Positions 28,399 through 40,438 are shown, counted from the first letter of the stretch. The stretch is DNA of 64,000 nucleotides from Alphaproteobacteria bacterium (GCA_965262775.1 CBDHFT010000007.1:147847-211846), one strand, 5' to 3'. The notes: generated by a model from the letters alone, not told the origin. Translations and numbers: made by a program.

Positions 28399-28944
28399 CT
28401 ATTTTTTGCCTATTTTTTCTTTTAGCTTGAGGGCGTAGGGATTACCGCGTTCTAACGCCAACACCCTGTCGCAATAACGTAGGGCGTTTTGCGATTGCCC
28501 CGAAGCAACAAACAAATAACATAGGTTCAAAGGCGCAATGGGGTCGCTGGGGTTGAGTACCATGGATCTTTGAAAATCATTGACGGCAGGCATATATTGT
28601 TGCAAGCGGAAATAGGCTTCGCCGCGCTTATTATAAATATCGTAATAATTAGGTTTGAGAGCGATGGCCTTGCTGTAAAAAACCACGCCATCTTTGAATT
28701 CGCGATATTGCATAGCAACATAGGCGCGTTTGGTAAGGGTGGAATAATCGTTGGGTTTAACCGCCAAGGATTCGTCGAACAACAAAACGGCATCTTTATA
28801 TTCTATGCCCGTTTCGGGGTCGTTGTTGTTGATGGTTGCCAAGCCTTGGCCATAAAAAACCTGGGCGGTATCTGGCACGTCGGCGCAGCCCACCAATATC
28901 CCGCCCATTATCAAACCCGTCATCAGGGATATAATTTTTCTCAT
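28399..28944 (-). CDS. TPR-repeat lipoprotein
   Basis: Lipobox LVGC; TPR-like repeats (YSKAIALKPNY...RGEAYFRLQQY...A..DF). Confidence 0.8.
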   Translation of the reverse strand: MRKIISLMTGLIMGGILVGCADVPDTAQVFYGQGLATINNNDPETGIEYKDAVLLFDESLAVKPNDYSTLTKRAYVAMQYREFKDGVVFYSKAIALKPNYYDIYNKRGEAYFRLQQYMPAVNDFQRSMVLNPSDPIAPLNLCYLFVASGQSQNALRYCDRVLALERGNPYALKLKEKIGKK

Positions 28945-29061
28945 GCCGTTTTTTTTATCTTTCCTTATATCGTTTTTTATATCTTTCTACCACACAATCT
29001 TCTTAACACCAATAAGTGGATATGTGGGTGGGTTTGAAGTCTTTATTTATCAACTGCTGGC

Positions 29062-31413
29062 TCATTCGTCTTCTTCGCTTGTCAAACCTTCATCGGCAAC
29101 AGGATTATCATCGGCAATGGCTTCCGTCGCGGCTTGCGATAAGCCAGCCAACAACCACGGTCGCGGTTTGATGGCAATGGTTTGTAAACGCTGCCCCCCC
29201 ATTATATTATTTAACCAAGCCAACCAAGGAATAGAAATAGATGGTGAAATAATCAAGCTATGAACATTGCTCGCCACGGTTTTTTGCGGGCATAATTTTC
29301 TTATCAGATCCATATCCTGCCCCACCAACATATCATTGTGCCTGCATAGGGCGATGATTTTATCGCCATCATTTTCTGAAAATGTATTTTTGCGAATAAT
29401 GGTAACGACAAAATTTTTATGATTATATGATCTCCATACCAATTGGCATAAAGTCGCGGTGCAGATGGATGGCGGGGGTAGAGTTTTATCAATGGTATCG
29501 ATGTTATATTCTTGCATCCACAGGCGGCGCACGAAGGAATCGCCAAAGGGCGTCACCCAACGACTCTCCCCGCCCGTATCTTCAAACCTTGCTAGCCACT
29601 TGACGCGCCCGCTTGATTCCAAACCCGTTACAACCAGCCATGGTTTGGGCTGGAACATAGCAAAGATAAAAAACAAACCTAATATACCCCACGATAGATT
29701 TTTTACCATACCGCTGGTGGTTAGCCACAGGTAAAGCCAAAGCCCGTAAAAAAAAAGTGCCGTCGCGCCAAATTGCCCGCCCGTCACAATATATTTTTCG
29801 CTGCCATGGCCATTGACTGCCAGCCAATTTAATAATTGAAATATCTTGGTGATAAACCAATCCAAATAATAAATATCCCCCAGGTATGATGTGATAGGTA
29901 GCAAAAGGACTTTTAAAAAAAGCAAGGGCATGGCAAAAACATCCATCAAGGGAATAGCAAACATGTTGGCAACAATGCCAAACAAGCTGGATTGATGAAA
30001 ATGAAATAATGTAATGGGTAAGCCAGCCAAGGTTATCATCGCGCCGCTAACCAACAGGGCGTAGATAAAAATTTGCACCCGTTTTAGAAAAGTTTTTGGC
30101 GGCGTTTTTACTTTGTCGCTCGCGCGGCGCGGCTTACTACCCATGAAGATGGCGACCTCGTTATAGGCATCGTTGTTGATTTGCTTTTTCCTGAAAAAAA
30201 TTCCCTTTTCGATTTCCAGCAACAACCCATGCCACCATTTTTCATATAAGCCAACCAACACCAACATGGCGGCAAATGACAATTGAAAGCCAGGATTAAA
30301 AATATCGCTGGGGGAATAACATAGCACCAACGCCATGGCGATAGCCAAGTTTTCTAGCGATATGGCGCGGCGACCCAATATCACCCCGACGAAAAAAACC
30401 AAAGTCATCAAAGTCGCGCGCAGCGAGGCCGAACTGTAATCCGCCAGCAAAAAATAACCCACCACGATAAGGATGGCACCCGCCGCCGCCATTTTTTTAA
30501 ATAAATAACCATTGCCCTGGGGGCGCGCCAGCACCAGGGCCAAGCGCAACACCAAAAATGCCATGCCCGCTATCAACCCCATATGCACCCCAGAAATAGA
30601 GATAAGATGTATCAACCCGCTTTGACGATATTGCTCCATTTGCGCGCCGCTGATGCCCGATCGTTCGCCCGTTACCATCGCCAACACCATGCCCGATACA
30701 TCGGGGGGATAGGTTCTAACAAAATTCTCTTTGATTTTTTGTGCTAGCTTTTTGCTTTGCTGCAACTCGCAACCATTATTTATTAATGGGGCGGACAAGA
30801 ATTGCCCGCTGGCGCGGTAACCCTTAAAATACCAATCGCGACCAATGTCGTAACTTGAAGCCGAAGATTTAAGCGGTAAAGGGGTAACGCGTGCCTTCAC
30901 CACCATCTTACAGCCAAATGGCAAAATATTGGTTTGAAAAGAATCATCGCGTAGCAATTTTTGCGGGTCCGTCAAACGAATAATAAATGGCGCAATGGCG
31001 TTGCCATCAACCTCCTCGACTTTGAATATGACCGCCCTTCTGTCGGCATCACTGCTCGCGATTTTTACCACCGCCCCACCCAAAAATTTTGTATTGGCTG
31101 GGTCGGCACGGATGGCGGGGTCTATCGTAACCCGCTGTTGGTAGGCGGTATGGGCATTGCTCACAACAAAACCAAACAACAACCAACTTATCGCCAGCAT
31201 AATAGAATAAATATTTCTATGCCGTAAAAATATGGTCGCCATCAGCCATAGTCCAAAAACACCCGCGCTCAGCACAATATTCGGTTCAAAGGATAGTCCG
31301 AAGTAGGTAATGATACCCAAAACCATCAGCGCGGGCGCCAACAGCGTCATGCTTTGCGCCGCTAAACTAGTCGCAAAGTTTTTTGGTAGGTTGTAAAAGA
31401 AATCTTGTCCCAC
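29062..31413 (-). CDS. comEC: ComEC/Rec2 competence protein
   Basis: SGLIHLISISGVHMG, SLRATLM, GFQLSFAAM, ANMFAIPL; many TM helices. The start is uncertain. Confidence 0.9.
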   Translation of the reverse strand: MGQDFFYNLPKNFATSLAAQSMTLLAPALMVLGIITYFGLSFEPNIVLSAGVFGLWLMATIFLRHRNIYSIMLAISWLLFGFVVSNAHTAYQQRVTIDPAIRADPANTKFLGGAVVKIASSDADRRAVIFKVEEVDGNAIAPFIIRLTDPQKLLRDDSFQTNILPFGCKMVVKARVTPLPLKSSASSYDIGRDWYFKGYRASGQFLSAPLINNGCELQQSKKLAQKIKENFVRTYPPDVSGMVLAMVTGERSGISGAQMEQYRQSGLIHLISISGVHMGLIAGMAFLVLRLALVLARPQGNGYLFKKMAAAGAILIVVGYFLLADYSSASLRATLMTLVFFVGVILGRRAISLENLAIAMALVLCYSPSDIFNPGFQLSFAAMLVLVGLYEKWWHGLLLEIEKGIFFRKKQINNDAYNEVAIFMGSKPRRASDKVKTPPKTFLKRVQIFIYALLVSGAMITLAGLPITLFHFHQSSLFGIVANMFAIPLMDVFAMPLLFLKVLLLPITSYLGDIYYLDWFITKIFQLLNWLAVNGHGSEKYIVTGGQFGATALFFYGLWLYLWLTTSGMVKNLSWGILGLFFIFAMFQPKPWLVVTGLESSGRVKWLARFEDTGGESRWVTPFGDSFVRRLWMQEYNIDTIDKTLPPPSICTATLCQLVWRSYNHKNFVVTIIRKNTFSENDGDKIIALCRHNDMLVGQDMDLIRKLCPQKTVASNVHSLIISPSISIPWLAWLNNIMGGQRLQTIAIKPRPWLLAGLSQAATEAIADDNPVADEGLTSEEDE

Positions 31414-31628
31414 AATGATTTTTATCAGCGATTGTTAATCAGATTTTTGGTTAGCTAAAAAATGCTACATTGGACAGCTTTTTCCATCAAGCCCCATCAA
31501 AAAAAATGATTATATTTTTCACCACCGATTATTATTATATACCCATTTCTGCAGAATTAGCTTGTCTAGCCATTTTTTATATGCAAAAATCCTAAGAGGG
31601 GCATAAAGACTATAAAAGGATATAATTT

Positions 31629-33050
31629 ATGAGCCAATCTGCTTTCTTAAAAAGCCTATCGCGCATCAAGGTGATTAGCAAACCATCCAGCAGTGATGAC
31701 CTCAAACGCACCCTGAGTGCATTAGATCTTACATTACTTGGCATTGGTGCCATTATCGGCACTGGCATCTTCGTCCTGACTGGGATTGCGGCCGCGGGCC
31801 AGGCTGGCCCCGCCCTTGTTTTATCATTTGCTTTGGCTGGTGTGGTTTGCGGCCTCGCCGCCCTGTCTTATGCCGAATTAGCGGCATCGGTCGGCGGGGC
31901 GGGCAGCGCCTATGGTTATTCTTATGCGGCGATTGGCGAACTGGTTGCTTGGATAATTGGTTGGGATCTTCTGTTGGAATATGTCTTGGCGGTTCCCACC
32001 GTGGCTATCGGTTGGTCGGGGTATGTGCAAGCCATCTTGCAAAATGTTGGTCTGTCGCTGCCTGATTTTCTTTCAAAATCATTCGAAGATGGCGGTTTTA
32101 TTAACTTGCCTGCTTCGCTTATTATCTTGGCCATGATGATGGTTTTAAATAGCGGGGTTAGCCAAGGCGCGCGCCTGAACACTGGCATCGTCGTTATTAA
32201 AATTACCGCCATTTTGCTGTTTATTGTTGTGGCTTTATTCCATGTTGATACCGCCAATTGGTCGCCCTTCATGCCCTATGGTTGGTTTGGTTATGATGAC
32301 CAGGGGTTGCCCATCGGGATTATTGCGGGCGCGTCGATTGTCTTTTTCTCTTACATCGGGTTTGACGCTGTTTCGACCGCCGCGGCGGAGGCTAAAAACC
32401 CGCAACGCGACCTACCGATTGGTATTTTGGTATCCTTAGCCATTTGCACCACATTATATATTATCGTTACTTTACTCTTAACTGGGGTGGTATCTTATAA
32501 AGAATTGGGGGTATCAGCCCCCGTGGCCTTGGCTTTACAAAAAATTGGTTTGCCCTGGGCCGTGTCAGTCATTTCGGTCGGGGCCTTGGCGGGCATCACC
32601 AGCGTGATATTGGTTATGTATTATGGCGCAACCCGCTTAATCTACGCCATCTCGCGCGACGGCCTGCTACCCACCCAATTTAGCGTGGTTAATCCCAAAA
32701 CCCAGACTCCGCAGCGCATTATCACCGCGATCGGTATTATTACCGCGCTTATTGCTGGTTTCTTCTCGCTTCGCGAATTGGCAGAGCTTATCAATATCGG
32801 CACTTTGGCGGCCTTTGCCTTCGTTTGTTTAAGCGTTGTTTTATTAAAAAGGACCCAGCCTAACTTGGTGCGTCCATTCAAAAACCCCTTGGGAACGCCT
32901 GGCTCTTTGCTTGGTGCCGCTGCTTCGTTTGGCCTCATGCTTACCCTGCCCGCCCTAACCTGGTATCGCCTTGGTATTTGGTTGTTAATCGGCTTGGTTA
33001 TTTACTTTGCTTATGGTCGTTACCATAGCCTCTTGGCTAAGAAAAAATAA
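31629..33050 (+). CDS. APC-family amino acid permease
   Basis: LGIGAIIGTGIFV, AGPA, YAELAA, GSAYGY, FFSYIGFD, EAKNPQRDLP, SRDGLLP. Confidence 0.93.
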   Translation: MSQSAFLKSLSRIKVISKPSSSDDLKRTLSALDLTLLGIGAIIGTGIFVLTGIAAAGQAGPALVLSFALAGVVCGLAALSYAELAASVGGAGSAYGYSYAAIGELVAWIIGWDLLLEYVLAVPTVAIGWSGYVQAILQNVGLSLPDFLSKSFEDGGFINLPASLIILAMMMVLNSGVSQGARLNTGIVVIKITAILLFIVVALFHVDTANWSPFMPYGWFGYDDQGLPIGIIAGASIVFFSYIGFDAVSTAAAEAKNPQRDLPIGILVSLAICTTLYIIVTLLLTGVVSYKELGVSAPVALALQKIGLPWAVSVISVGALAGITSVILVMYYGATRLIYAISRDGLLPTQFSVVNPKTQTPQRIITAIGIITALIAGFFSLRELAELINIGTLAAFAFVCLSVVLLKRTQPNLVRPFKNPLGTPGSLLGAAASFGLMLTLPALTWYRLGIWLLIGLVIYFAYGRYHSLLAKKK

Positions 33051-33174
33051 TCACCACATCATAAGCTTATTGGGTAGATACCCCTTTGCGGGCTTCTTGC
33101 CGTAGTATCATTACAATGTATTTGCGAGAGGTTATACAATCAAACAGCCATCGCCCCAACAACCGCAACATCAA

Positions 33175-35076
33175 TTAAGCGGCTGGCTTGGCTTTGGGGC
33201 TGAGGAAATTAAAAGAACTCGAGCTTTTGGCGCGCCATTTTTTTTGCTTATCATCGCGACCAGCGATTTGTTTGCCCTTTAACAATTCATCCACTTCCTT
33301 GCGGTCCAATGTTTCATGTTGCAACAACCCTTGCGCAATAATTTCTAACTGGTTGGCAAATTTGCCTAATATATTGCGCGCCATTTGCTCGCCACCCTCC
33401 ACCAATTTGCGCACTTCTTCGTCTATCAATTTGGCGGTGGCATCGGACATCATTTTCTTTTGGGTTACCGAATGGCCAAGGAAAACCTCTTCCTCGTTAT
33501 CCGAATAACGCAATGGCCCCAACTTATCGCTAAAACCAAATTCGGTTACCATGCGCCGCGCCAATTTGGTGGCCTGCATAATATCGTTCGATGCCCCCGT
33601 GGTGATATTATCTTTACCAAACACCATCTCTTCCGCTACCCGCCCGCCAAATAAACTGGCCAATTGTGCTTTTAATTGGGTAAAACTCATCGATAACCTA
33701 TCGCGTTCGGGCAGGGCGAAGGTTACACCCAGCGCGCGACCGCGTGGGATAATGGTTACCTTATGCAATGGTTCGTGGCCCTTAACATGCAACATCACCA
33801 CGGCATGGCCTGCTTCGTGATAGGCGGTTAATTTTTTCTCATCTTCGCTCATCACCATCGAACGGCGTTCCGCGCCTATCATGACCTTATCTTTGGCGGC
33901 TTCTAATTCTTGCATCGTGATGAATTTACGGTTGCGCTTGACGGCGAGCAAGGCAGCCTCGTTCACCAAATTGGCAAGGTCGGCCCCTGAAAAACCTGGC
34001 GTGCCACGGGCAATGACTTCGGGTTTGACATCGGTCGCCAATTTTACTTTTTTCAAATGAACTTGCAAGATAGCCGTCCGCCCCTTGATGTCGGGGTTGG
34101 GCACCACCACTTGGCGGTCAAAACGCCCGGGCCGCAACAAAGCGGGGTCCAGCACGTCGGGGCGGTTGGTTGCCGCAATAATAATAACATTTTCGTTGGA
34201 GCTAAAACCATCCATCTCGACCAAAATTTGATTTAATGTTTGTTCGCGTTCGTCGTTGCCGCCGCCCAAACCCGCGCCACGGTGCCGCCCGACGGCATCT
34301 ATCTCATCAATAAAAACAATACAGGGGTTGGCTTTTTTTGCCTGCTCGAACATATCGCGCACGCGGCTTGCCCCGACGCCAACAAACATTTCAACAAAAT
34401 CGGAACCCGATATTGAAAAAAACGGCACCGATGCCTCCCCCGCGACCGCACGGGCGATAAGGGTTTTCCCCGTGCCTGGCGGCCCCACCAACAACACACC
34501 ACGTGGTATTTTGCCACCGAGGCTTTGAAATTTCTTGGGGCTTTTTAAAAAATCAACTATCTCTTTTAATTCTTCCTTGGCTTCTTCGACCCCTGCTACA
34601 TCGGCGAAGGTCACCTTCCCCGCCGTGGGGGTTAATAATTTAGCGCGCGATTTACCAAAACCAAAAGCTCCACCGCCACGCCCCCCGCCTTGCATCTGGC
34701 GCATAAAAAATATCCAAATCCCGATAAACAATAACATGGGAAACCATTGGATAAGGATGGTCGCAAGCATAGAACGCTCGCCTGGGTCTTCAACCTTAAT
34801 GCTTACTTTTTTCTCGGTCAGGGTGCTGATAAGGGTGGAGTCGTTCGGGGTGGTGGTTTTAAAATCCTCGCCCGATGAATATTTCCCGCGAATTTTGTTT
34901 TGATTAATACTGACCGAGGCTACATTACCGTCTTTAACCTGCTTCAAGAATTCAGAATAATCAATGGTGACGGGGCGCACCGCCTTGCTTGGCGGAACAT
35001 TTATGGTGTTATACGCAAACATAAGGGTCGCAAACACGACCAGCGCAATAAAAAAATTTCTCCAGGATTTAAACAT
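33175..35076 (-). CDS. ftsH: ATP-dependent zinc metalloprotease FtsH
   Basis: [38 protein letters not shown]. Confidence 0.98.
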   Translation of the reverse strand: MFKSWRNFFIALVVFATLMFAYNTINVPPSKAVRPVTIDYSEFLKQVKDGNVASVSINQNKIRGKYSSGEDFKTTTPNDSTLISTLTEKKVSIKVEDPGERSMLATILIQWFPMLLFIGIWIFFMRQMQGGGRGGGAFGFGKSRAKLLTPTAGKVTFADVAGVEEAKEELKEIVDFLKSPKKFQSLGGKIPRGVLLVGPPGTGKTLIARAVAGEASVPFFSISGSDFVEMFVGVGASRVRDMFEQAKKANPCIVFIDEIDAVGRHRGAGLGGGNDEREQTLNQILVEMDGFSSNENVIIIAATNRPDVLDPALLRPGRFDRQVVVPNPDIKGRTAILQVHLKKVKLATDVKPEVIARGTPGFSGADLANLVNEAALLAVKRNRKFITMQELEAAKDKVMIGAERRSMVMSEDEKKLTAYHEAGHAVVMLHVKGHEPLHKVTIIPRGRALGVTFALPERDRLSMSFTQLKAQLASLFGGRVAEEMVFGKDNITTGASNDIMQATKLARRMVTEFGFSDKLGPLRYSDNEEEVFLGHSVTQKKMMSDATAKLIDEEVRKLVEGGEQMARNILGKFANQLEIIAQGLLQHETLDRKEVDELLKGKQIAGRDDKQKKWRAKSSSSFNFLSPKAKPAA

Positions 35077-35377
35077 AGCAACCTTTCAACAATATAATTC
35101 ATTTAATAGGGAAAATCAAGGGTAGGTTGGGGACTCCCATTAAAAGAGCGATAAATGCAAATATTAATAAAAAATAAATTCTTGCTCGCTACAGGTCAAG
35201 TTTTTCTTTGTCTTGAAGCATGTAGGGAATGACAACAAAGTCATTATCGACCGCGGGGACGATAAGCCATGATAAACCATGACAATCCCCCCTTGCCTAC
35301 TTGCCACGCCTACATAGTTGAAATACAAGCGCAATTGCTCGCTTGCCTTTTGCAAAAAACAAGGTTAAAGCCAAGTC

Positions 35378-35988
35378 ATGTTGCGCGATTTGTATAATAA
35401 AGTTCTAAGCTGGAGCAAACACAAAAAAGCCGTGCCGATATTATGGATAACATCGGTTATTGATTCAATATTTTTTCCCATCCCGCCATTGGTTATGTTG
35501 CTGCCGATGATGCTGGCGCAACCCAAAAAATCTTTCCATTTTGCTTTTGCCACCACGGTGGGTTCTATCATTGGCGGGCTTATAGCCTATGCTTTGGGGT
35601 ATTTTTTTTCAGCCGCGTTGCAACCCATTGTTACCAACCTGTTAGGGGGCGACCAAAATTTCTATGCCTGCAAACCATTTATAACCAATATGGGTTCATT
35701 GCCGTGTTAATTTGGGGCTTCCTTCCCGTGCCTTATAAAGTTATTACGTGGGCTTCTGGCTTTTTTCACTTACCCTTGTGGATATTTATAACGGCGTCGT
35801 TGCTGGGGCGGACGGTACGTTATGGCGGGATAGCAATTGTTTTCTATCTTTTGGGTCCTGCGGCAAAAAAATACATTGATAAGCATTTTAACACGGTGGC
35901 GATTATCGGTGCGGGGCTTGTGATTGTTTTGGGTTTCTTGTATTTTAGAGGGGGCTCTCATTCTTTTTTACCCGCCGTCTGCTCATAA
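35378..35988 (+). pseudogene. YqaA/DedA (VTT domain) membrane protein, frameshifted near 35667
   Basis: SIFFPIPP and ATTVGSIIGG lie in one frame; GFLPVPYKVIT and GRTVRY lie in another. One extra C at GCC 35666-35668 restores FYALQTIYNQYGFIAVLIWG. Confidence 0.8.
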
Positions 35989-36005
35989 ACGCTATCAACC
36001 AAAAC

Positions 36006-36515
36006 ATGTTCTTCACAAACAAATCGCTTTACTTATTTTATGTCATAACGGGGTTAAGCGTCCTTACCATTGTTTGGGTGTTGCAATATGGATTTGGCTT
36101 CCTACCTTGCCCTTTGTGTTACTATCAACGTTATCCATGGTGGCTGTTGGTAATGCTGGGTTTATTTGGTTGGCTGTTGAGTAGTTTTTATCAAGAAAAA
36201 GATAGTCAACGCGACAACTATCGTGGATTTTTATTAATCCTGGGTATGGCTGTTATGATATTTTCGGCGACACTGGCCGCTTACCATGCGGGCATCGAAT
36301 GGAAATGGTGGGCGGGGCCTAGCACTTGCTCGGCCATCAACATGACCGACCCAACCGCCCAAAGTATTGATGATTTTTTTAATGCCGCGAAGGTGGTGCG
36401 TTGCGACCAAGCCGCCCTGGTGGTGGCGGGGCTTTCGCTTTCGGGGTGGAATTTTGTTATAAGTTTTTTTATGTTGGCCTATCTTTCTTTTTTATTATTT
36501 GCTAAAAAACGTTGA
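36006..36515 (+). CDS. dsbB: disulfide bond formation protein B
   Basis: PCPLCYYQR, YHAGIEWKWWAGPSTC, VVRCD, GLSLSGWN. Confidence 0.9.
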   Translation: MFFTNKSLYLFYVITGLSVLTIVWVLQYGFGFLPCPLCYYQRYPWWLLVMLGLFGWLLSSFYQEKDSQRDNYRGFLLILGMAVMIFSATLAAYHAGIEWKWWAGPSTCSAINMTDPTAQSIDDFFNAAKVVRCDQAALVVAGLSLSGWNFVISFFMLAYLSFLLFAKKR

Positions 36516-37084
36516 TGACCAATCAACAACTTCCTTTTTATCTTCCTGGCGACCGCAAGCACAAAAACGACATGGCACCGCTTTATCGCGTTGACCAATC
36601 GGGCGAATTGGGTGCGGTGCAAATATACAGCGGGCAACTACGCGGGGTAAAAAATCCTACCCCCAAGATGAAAGAGATTTTAAGCGAAATGAAAGAACAT
36701 GAAGAAGAACATTTTGCCGAATTTAATAACCTTATCAGCGCCCATAAAACGCGCCCTAGCCTGTTTTACCCCATATGGCGCAGGCTTGGCTTTACCATTG
36801 GCTACGTGACCGCGCGCTCGGGCATCCCATCGGCCATGAGCCTAACCGTCGCGGTTGAAGATGAAATTAACGAACATTATTTGGAACAATTGGCGACGTT
36901 GGATACCACCCAACCCGAAACAAAATTACTAGCAGAAAAAATTGAAAAATTTCGGCAAGACGAATTGTTGCATCGCGATACAGCATTGGAACAGGGGGCG
37001 CAAGATATGAAGTTTTATAAAACTTTTTATCCCTTGGTCAGACGTTTTTCGCGACTTGCTATCACCATTGCCAAGCGAATATAA
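36512..37084 (+). CDS. coq7: demethoxyubiquinone hydroxylase (Coq7 family)
   Basis: RVDQSGELGAVQIYSGQ, EEEH, TVAVEDEINEHY, DELLH. Confidence 0.9.
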   Translation: MMTNQQLPFYLPGDRKHKNDMAPLYRVDQSGELGAVQIYSGQLRGVKNPTPKMKEILSEMKEHEEEHFAEFNNLISAHKTRPSLFYPIWRRLGFTIGYVTARSGIPSAMSLTVAVEDEINEHYLEQLATLDTTQPETKLLAEKIEKFRQDELLHRDTALEQGAQDMKFYKTFYPLVRRFSRLAITIAKRI

Positions 37085-37094
37085 AAAAATATAG

Positions 37095-38690
37095 ATGGAA
37101 AAAATTCTTATTGCTGATTTTGGTTCGCAAGTAACCCAGCTCATCGCTCGCCGCCTTCGGTCGCATCATTTCCTTGCCGACATCGTGCCTTACAACAAAC
37201 TCGGCGATTTTTTTTATCAAGATAAAAAAAATATAAAGGGAATTATATTATCGGGCGGCCCAGCCTCGGTTTTGGAAAACAACGCCCCGACGATTGATAA
37301 AAAATTGTTGGCTGATGTCGCCGCTGCCAACATCCCCATTTTGGGAATATGTTATGGCCAACAATTGCTGGCGTTGCTGTTGGGGGGAGAAGTCATCAAG
37401 GGCGCCACCCGCGAGTTCGGCCTGGCGGATTTAAAAAAAATGATGGAGCACCCATTGTTAGAGAATTATCCCGCCACCAAAATTTGGATGAGCCACGGCG
37501 ACCATGTGGAAAAATTGCCAGCCAACTTTATAACCATCGCCACCAGCCGCGGCGCGCCCCACGCCATCATGGGGCACGAAAAAAAACATATCTATGGTTT
37601 GCAATTTCATCCTGAGGTCAGCCACACCGAACAGGGGGATATTATCTTAAAAAACTTTGCCAGCAATATATGCGGCATGCAACCCAATTGGCAAATGGCG
37701 GATATGATCCCCGCCATGACCGAGGAAATAAAAAATAAAGTCGGCGACAGCAAAGTTATTGCGGGATTATCGGGCGGGGTTGACAGCACCGTGGCGGCAA
37801 TCTTAACCGCCCAGGCCTTGCAACATAATCCCGAACAACAATTAACCTGCCTGTTGGTGGACCATGGTCTACTGCGCCATAACGAGGCGGCCGAGGTTGA
37901 AGCCGCCTTTGCCGATTATCCCCATTTGGATTTTCGCCTGATAAAGGCCGAAGATAAATTTTTAACCGCGTTAAAGGGCGTAACCGACCCCGAACAAAAA
38001 AGAAAAATTATCGGCGGTTTGTTTATCGATGTTTTTGAATCCGAAGCAACAAAAATTATTGCCCAATCCGACCAAAAAAACACCAAAAAAACCACCAAAA
38101 AATTTTTATTGCAGGGAACGCTTTACCCCGATGTTATCGAAAGCGTTTCGGTGTCGGGCGCGCCATCGGCCACCATCAAGTCGCATCACAATGTTGGCGG
38201 CCTGCCCGAAAAAATGAATTTCGAATTATTGGAACCACTTAAAATGCTTTTTAAAGATGAAGTGAGGGAATTGGGCCGCGCCCTGGGCCTGCCCCATTCT
38301 TTTGTCGCCCGCCACCCCTTCCCTGGGCCTGGCCTTGCCATTCGTATTATTGGCGAGGTTACCAAACCCGCTTGCGATATTTTGCGATTGGCCGATAAAA
38401 TTTATTTGGAAGAAATAAAAAACTTTAATCTTTATGATAAAATATGGCAAGCCTTTGCCGTGCTGTTGCCGATTCATACCGTTGGCGTCATGGGCGATGG
38501 CCGAACTTACGACAAGGTCTTGGCCTTGCGCGCCGTAACGTCGCAAGACGGCATGACGGCCGATAGTTTTTATTTCCCTGAGGAATTTATTAGAAAAACC
38601 ACAACGCGTTTGGTTAATGAAGTGCAAGGCATAAGCCGTGTCGTGCTGGACCTAACATCTAAACCACCCGCCACCATCGAATGGGAATAG
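37095..38690 (+). CDS. guaA: GMP synthase (glutamine-hydrolysing)
   Basis: DFGSQVTQLIARR, GICYG, QFHPEV, SGGVDS, IKSHHNVGGLP, KPPATIEWE. Confidence 0.98.
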   Translation: MEKILIADFGSQVTQLIARRLRSHHFLADIVPYNKLGDFFYQDKKNIKGIILSGGPASVLENNAPTIDKKLLADVAAANIPILGICYGQQLLALLLGGEVIKGATREFGLADLKKMMEHPLLENYPATKIWMSHGDHVEKLPANFITIATSRGAPHAIMGHEKKHIYGLQFHPEVSHTEQGDIILKNFASNICGMQPNWQMADMIPAMTEEIKNKVGDSKVIAGLSGGVDSTVAAILTAQALQHNPEQQLTCLLVDHGLLRHNEAAEVEAAFADYPHLDFRLIKAEDKFLTALKGVTDPEQKRKIIGGLFIDVFESEATKIIAQSDQKNTKKTTKKFLLQGTLYPDVIESVSVSGAPSATIKSHHNVGGLPEKMNFELLEPLKMLFKDEVRELGRALGLPHSFVARHPFPGPGLAIRIIGEVTKPACDILRLADKIYLEEIKNFNLYDKIWQAFAVLLPIHTVGVMGDGRTYDKVLALRAVTSQDGMTADSFYFPEEFIRKTTTRLVNEVQGISRVVLDLTSKPPATIEWE

Positions 38691-38704
38691 CGAAAATTAT
38701 TTAA

Positions 38705-39355
38705 TTAAAAAGATAAGCCAGGCGGCAAGGGCGAGCCGATATCGCCAGATTTGATACGATTGAGCTCGCTGTCGTTAAGCTGAATGGCCAAGGTAATACG
38801 GAAATCTTGGGACTGGTTGTCAGCGTCGAGCAGGGTTATAATCTGATTGTTCCATGAAAAATATTTTTCGCGCCCCATAATTTTTTCAACCGCCTTATCA
38901 TCGCTATTACTTCCAACTTTATTTCCTTCGTCGTTATCTAAAATAATAATTTTTTGCACCCGCTTGCTAATGACTTTTGATTTTTTATCGAACAGGGTGA
39001 TAATAACATTCAAGGAATCATTCTTGCTGATTTTTGGTCCGAAGACCACCTTAACCTTGACGGGTAAATTAACCGTTAGCTGGCGACCACTTCTTTCGAC
39101 ATTACAACTTCCCTCGCCATGGGCCAAGAAGGCTTGGAACCTTAATTGCGACGGGTCATCGGTATTCCCCTTAAAACGATAAACTTGTTGAGCAATATTT
39201 AATACCGAAACCTGGGGGCAAACACCACTGCTGCCACTGCTGGGTGTTCTGGCCGTGCCGCCACAAGCCGCCAGAAAAATAACTGTCATCAACAACCCCA
39301 AACACCCTAATAGCTTGCTTAGAGAAAAATTTTCGCGTTGCAGAATTTTTGACAT
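38705..39355 (-). CDS. hypothetical lipoprotein
   Basis: Lipobox LAAC followed by a CPQVSVL motif; divergent from ispH. Confidence 0.7.
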   Translation of the reverse strand: MSKILQRENFSLSKLLGCLGLLMTVIFLAACGGTARTPSSGSSGVCPQVSVLNIAQQVYRFKGNTDDPSQLRFQAFLAHGEGSCNVERSGRQLTVNLPVKVKVVFGPKISKNDSLNVIITLFDKKSKVISKRVQKIIILDNDEGNKVGSNSDDKAVEKIMGREKYFSWNNQIITLLDADNQSQDFRITLAIQLNDSELNRIKSGDIGSPLPPGLSF

Positions 39356-39439
39356 TGTTTAATGATAGGCTTATATGAATCTAACTACTCTTTAACCAAC
39401 TATTACAGCAATTTCAAGCCATTAAACCCCCATTACGCC

Positions 39440-40438
39440 ATGTCTATAAACAAAAAAAAGCCGATAGAGATTTTGCTAGCCGAGCCACGCGGTTTTTGTG
39501 CGGGGGTGGAGCGCGCCATTGAAATTGTCGAATTGGCGTTGCAACGTTACGGTGCGCCCGTTTATGTTCGCCACCAAATCGTTCATAATATATTTGTGGT
39601 CGATAGGTTACAAAAATTGGGGGCGGTGTTTGTGAAAGAATTAAGCGATATTCCCGATACCAGACAGCCTATTATTTTTTCGGCCCATGGCGTGCCAAAG
39701 TCTGTTCCCGAAATGGCACGCTTCAGGAATTTATTTTATTTTGACGCCACTTGCCCGCTGGTGAGCAAGGTGCATCGCGAAACTATCCGTCATGTTTTGG
39801 AAGGGCGCATCGTGCTGCTTATCGGGCATAAGGGGCACCCCGAGGTGATTGGCACCATGGGGCAAGTGCCGCCAGGTAAGGTTGTGCTTATAGAAAACAA
39901 AAATGACATTCATGATTTACCATTCGGCGATGATGTTCCCCTTGCCTACGCCACGCAAACCACTTTGTCGGTATCGGAAACGGTTGAGATGATAAAAACC
40001 CTTAAAGAAAAATACCCCCATATTATTGCCCCAAAAAAAGAAGATATTTGCTACGCCACCACCAACCGCCAACAAGCCGTGGCGCAAATGGCAAAAACGG
40101 CAGATTATATTTTGGTGGTGGGTTCCAACAATTCATCCAATTCAAAACGATTGTTAGAGGTTGGTTTGGAATCGGGCATTGCCCATGGACGATTAATAAA
40201 TTCGGCAACCGATATCGATTTCGATGAAATATCCCGCGCCAGCAAAATTGCCCTGACCGCGGGGGCATCGGCTCCCGAAGAATTGGTCATGGGCGTTATC
40301 AAATCATTGGAAGAACGATTTGCCGTCACCCTTACCCATTTTTCCATTGCCAAAGAAACCATTAATTTTAAGTTGCCACGCGAATTGATAAACACAACCG
40401 AGCCAACCCAAAAGCCCGAACAGCATTTGCCTGGCTAA
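39440..40438 (+). CDS. ispH: 4-hydroxy-3-methylbut-2-enyl diphosphate reductase
   Basis: PRGFCAGVERAI, SAHGV, DATCPLVSKVH, QTTLS, ICYATTNRQ, TAGASAPE. Confidence 0.97.
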   Translation: MSINKKKPIEILLAEPRGFCAGVERAIEIVELALQRYGAPVYVRHQIVHNIFVVDRLQKLGAVFVKELSDIPDTRQPIIFSAHGVPKSVPEMARFRNLFYFDATCPLVSKVHRETIRHVLEGRIVLLIGHKGHPEVIGTMGQVPPGKVVLIENKNDIHDLPFGDDVPLAYATQTTLSVSETVEMIKTLKEKYPHIIAPKKEDICYATTNRQQAVAQMAKTADYILVVGSNNSSNSKRLLEVGLESGIAHGRLINSATDIDFDEISRASKIALTAGASAPEELVMGVIKSLEERFAVTLTHFSIAKETINFKLPRELINTTEPTQKPEQHLPG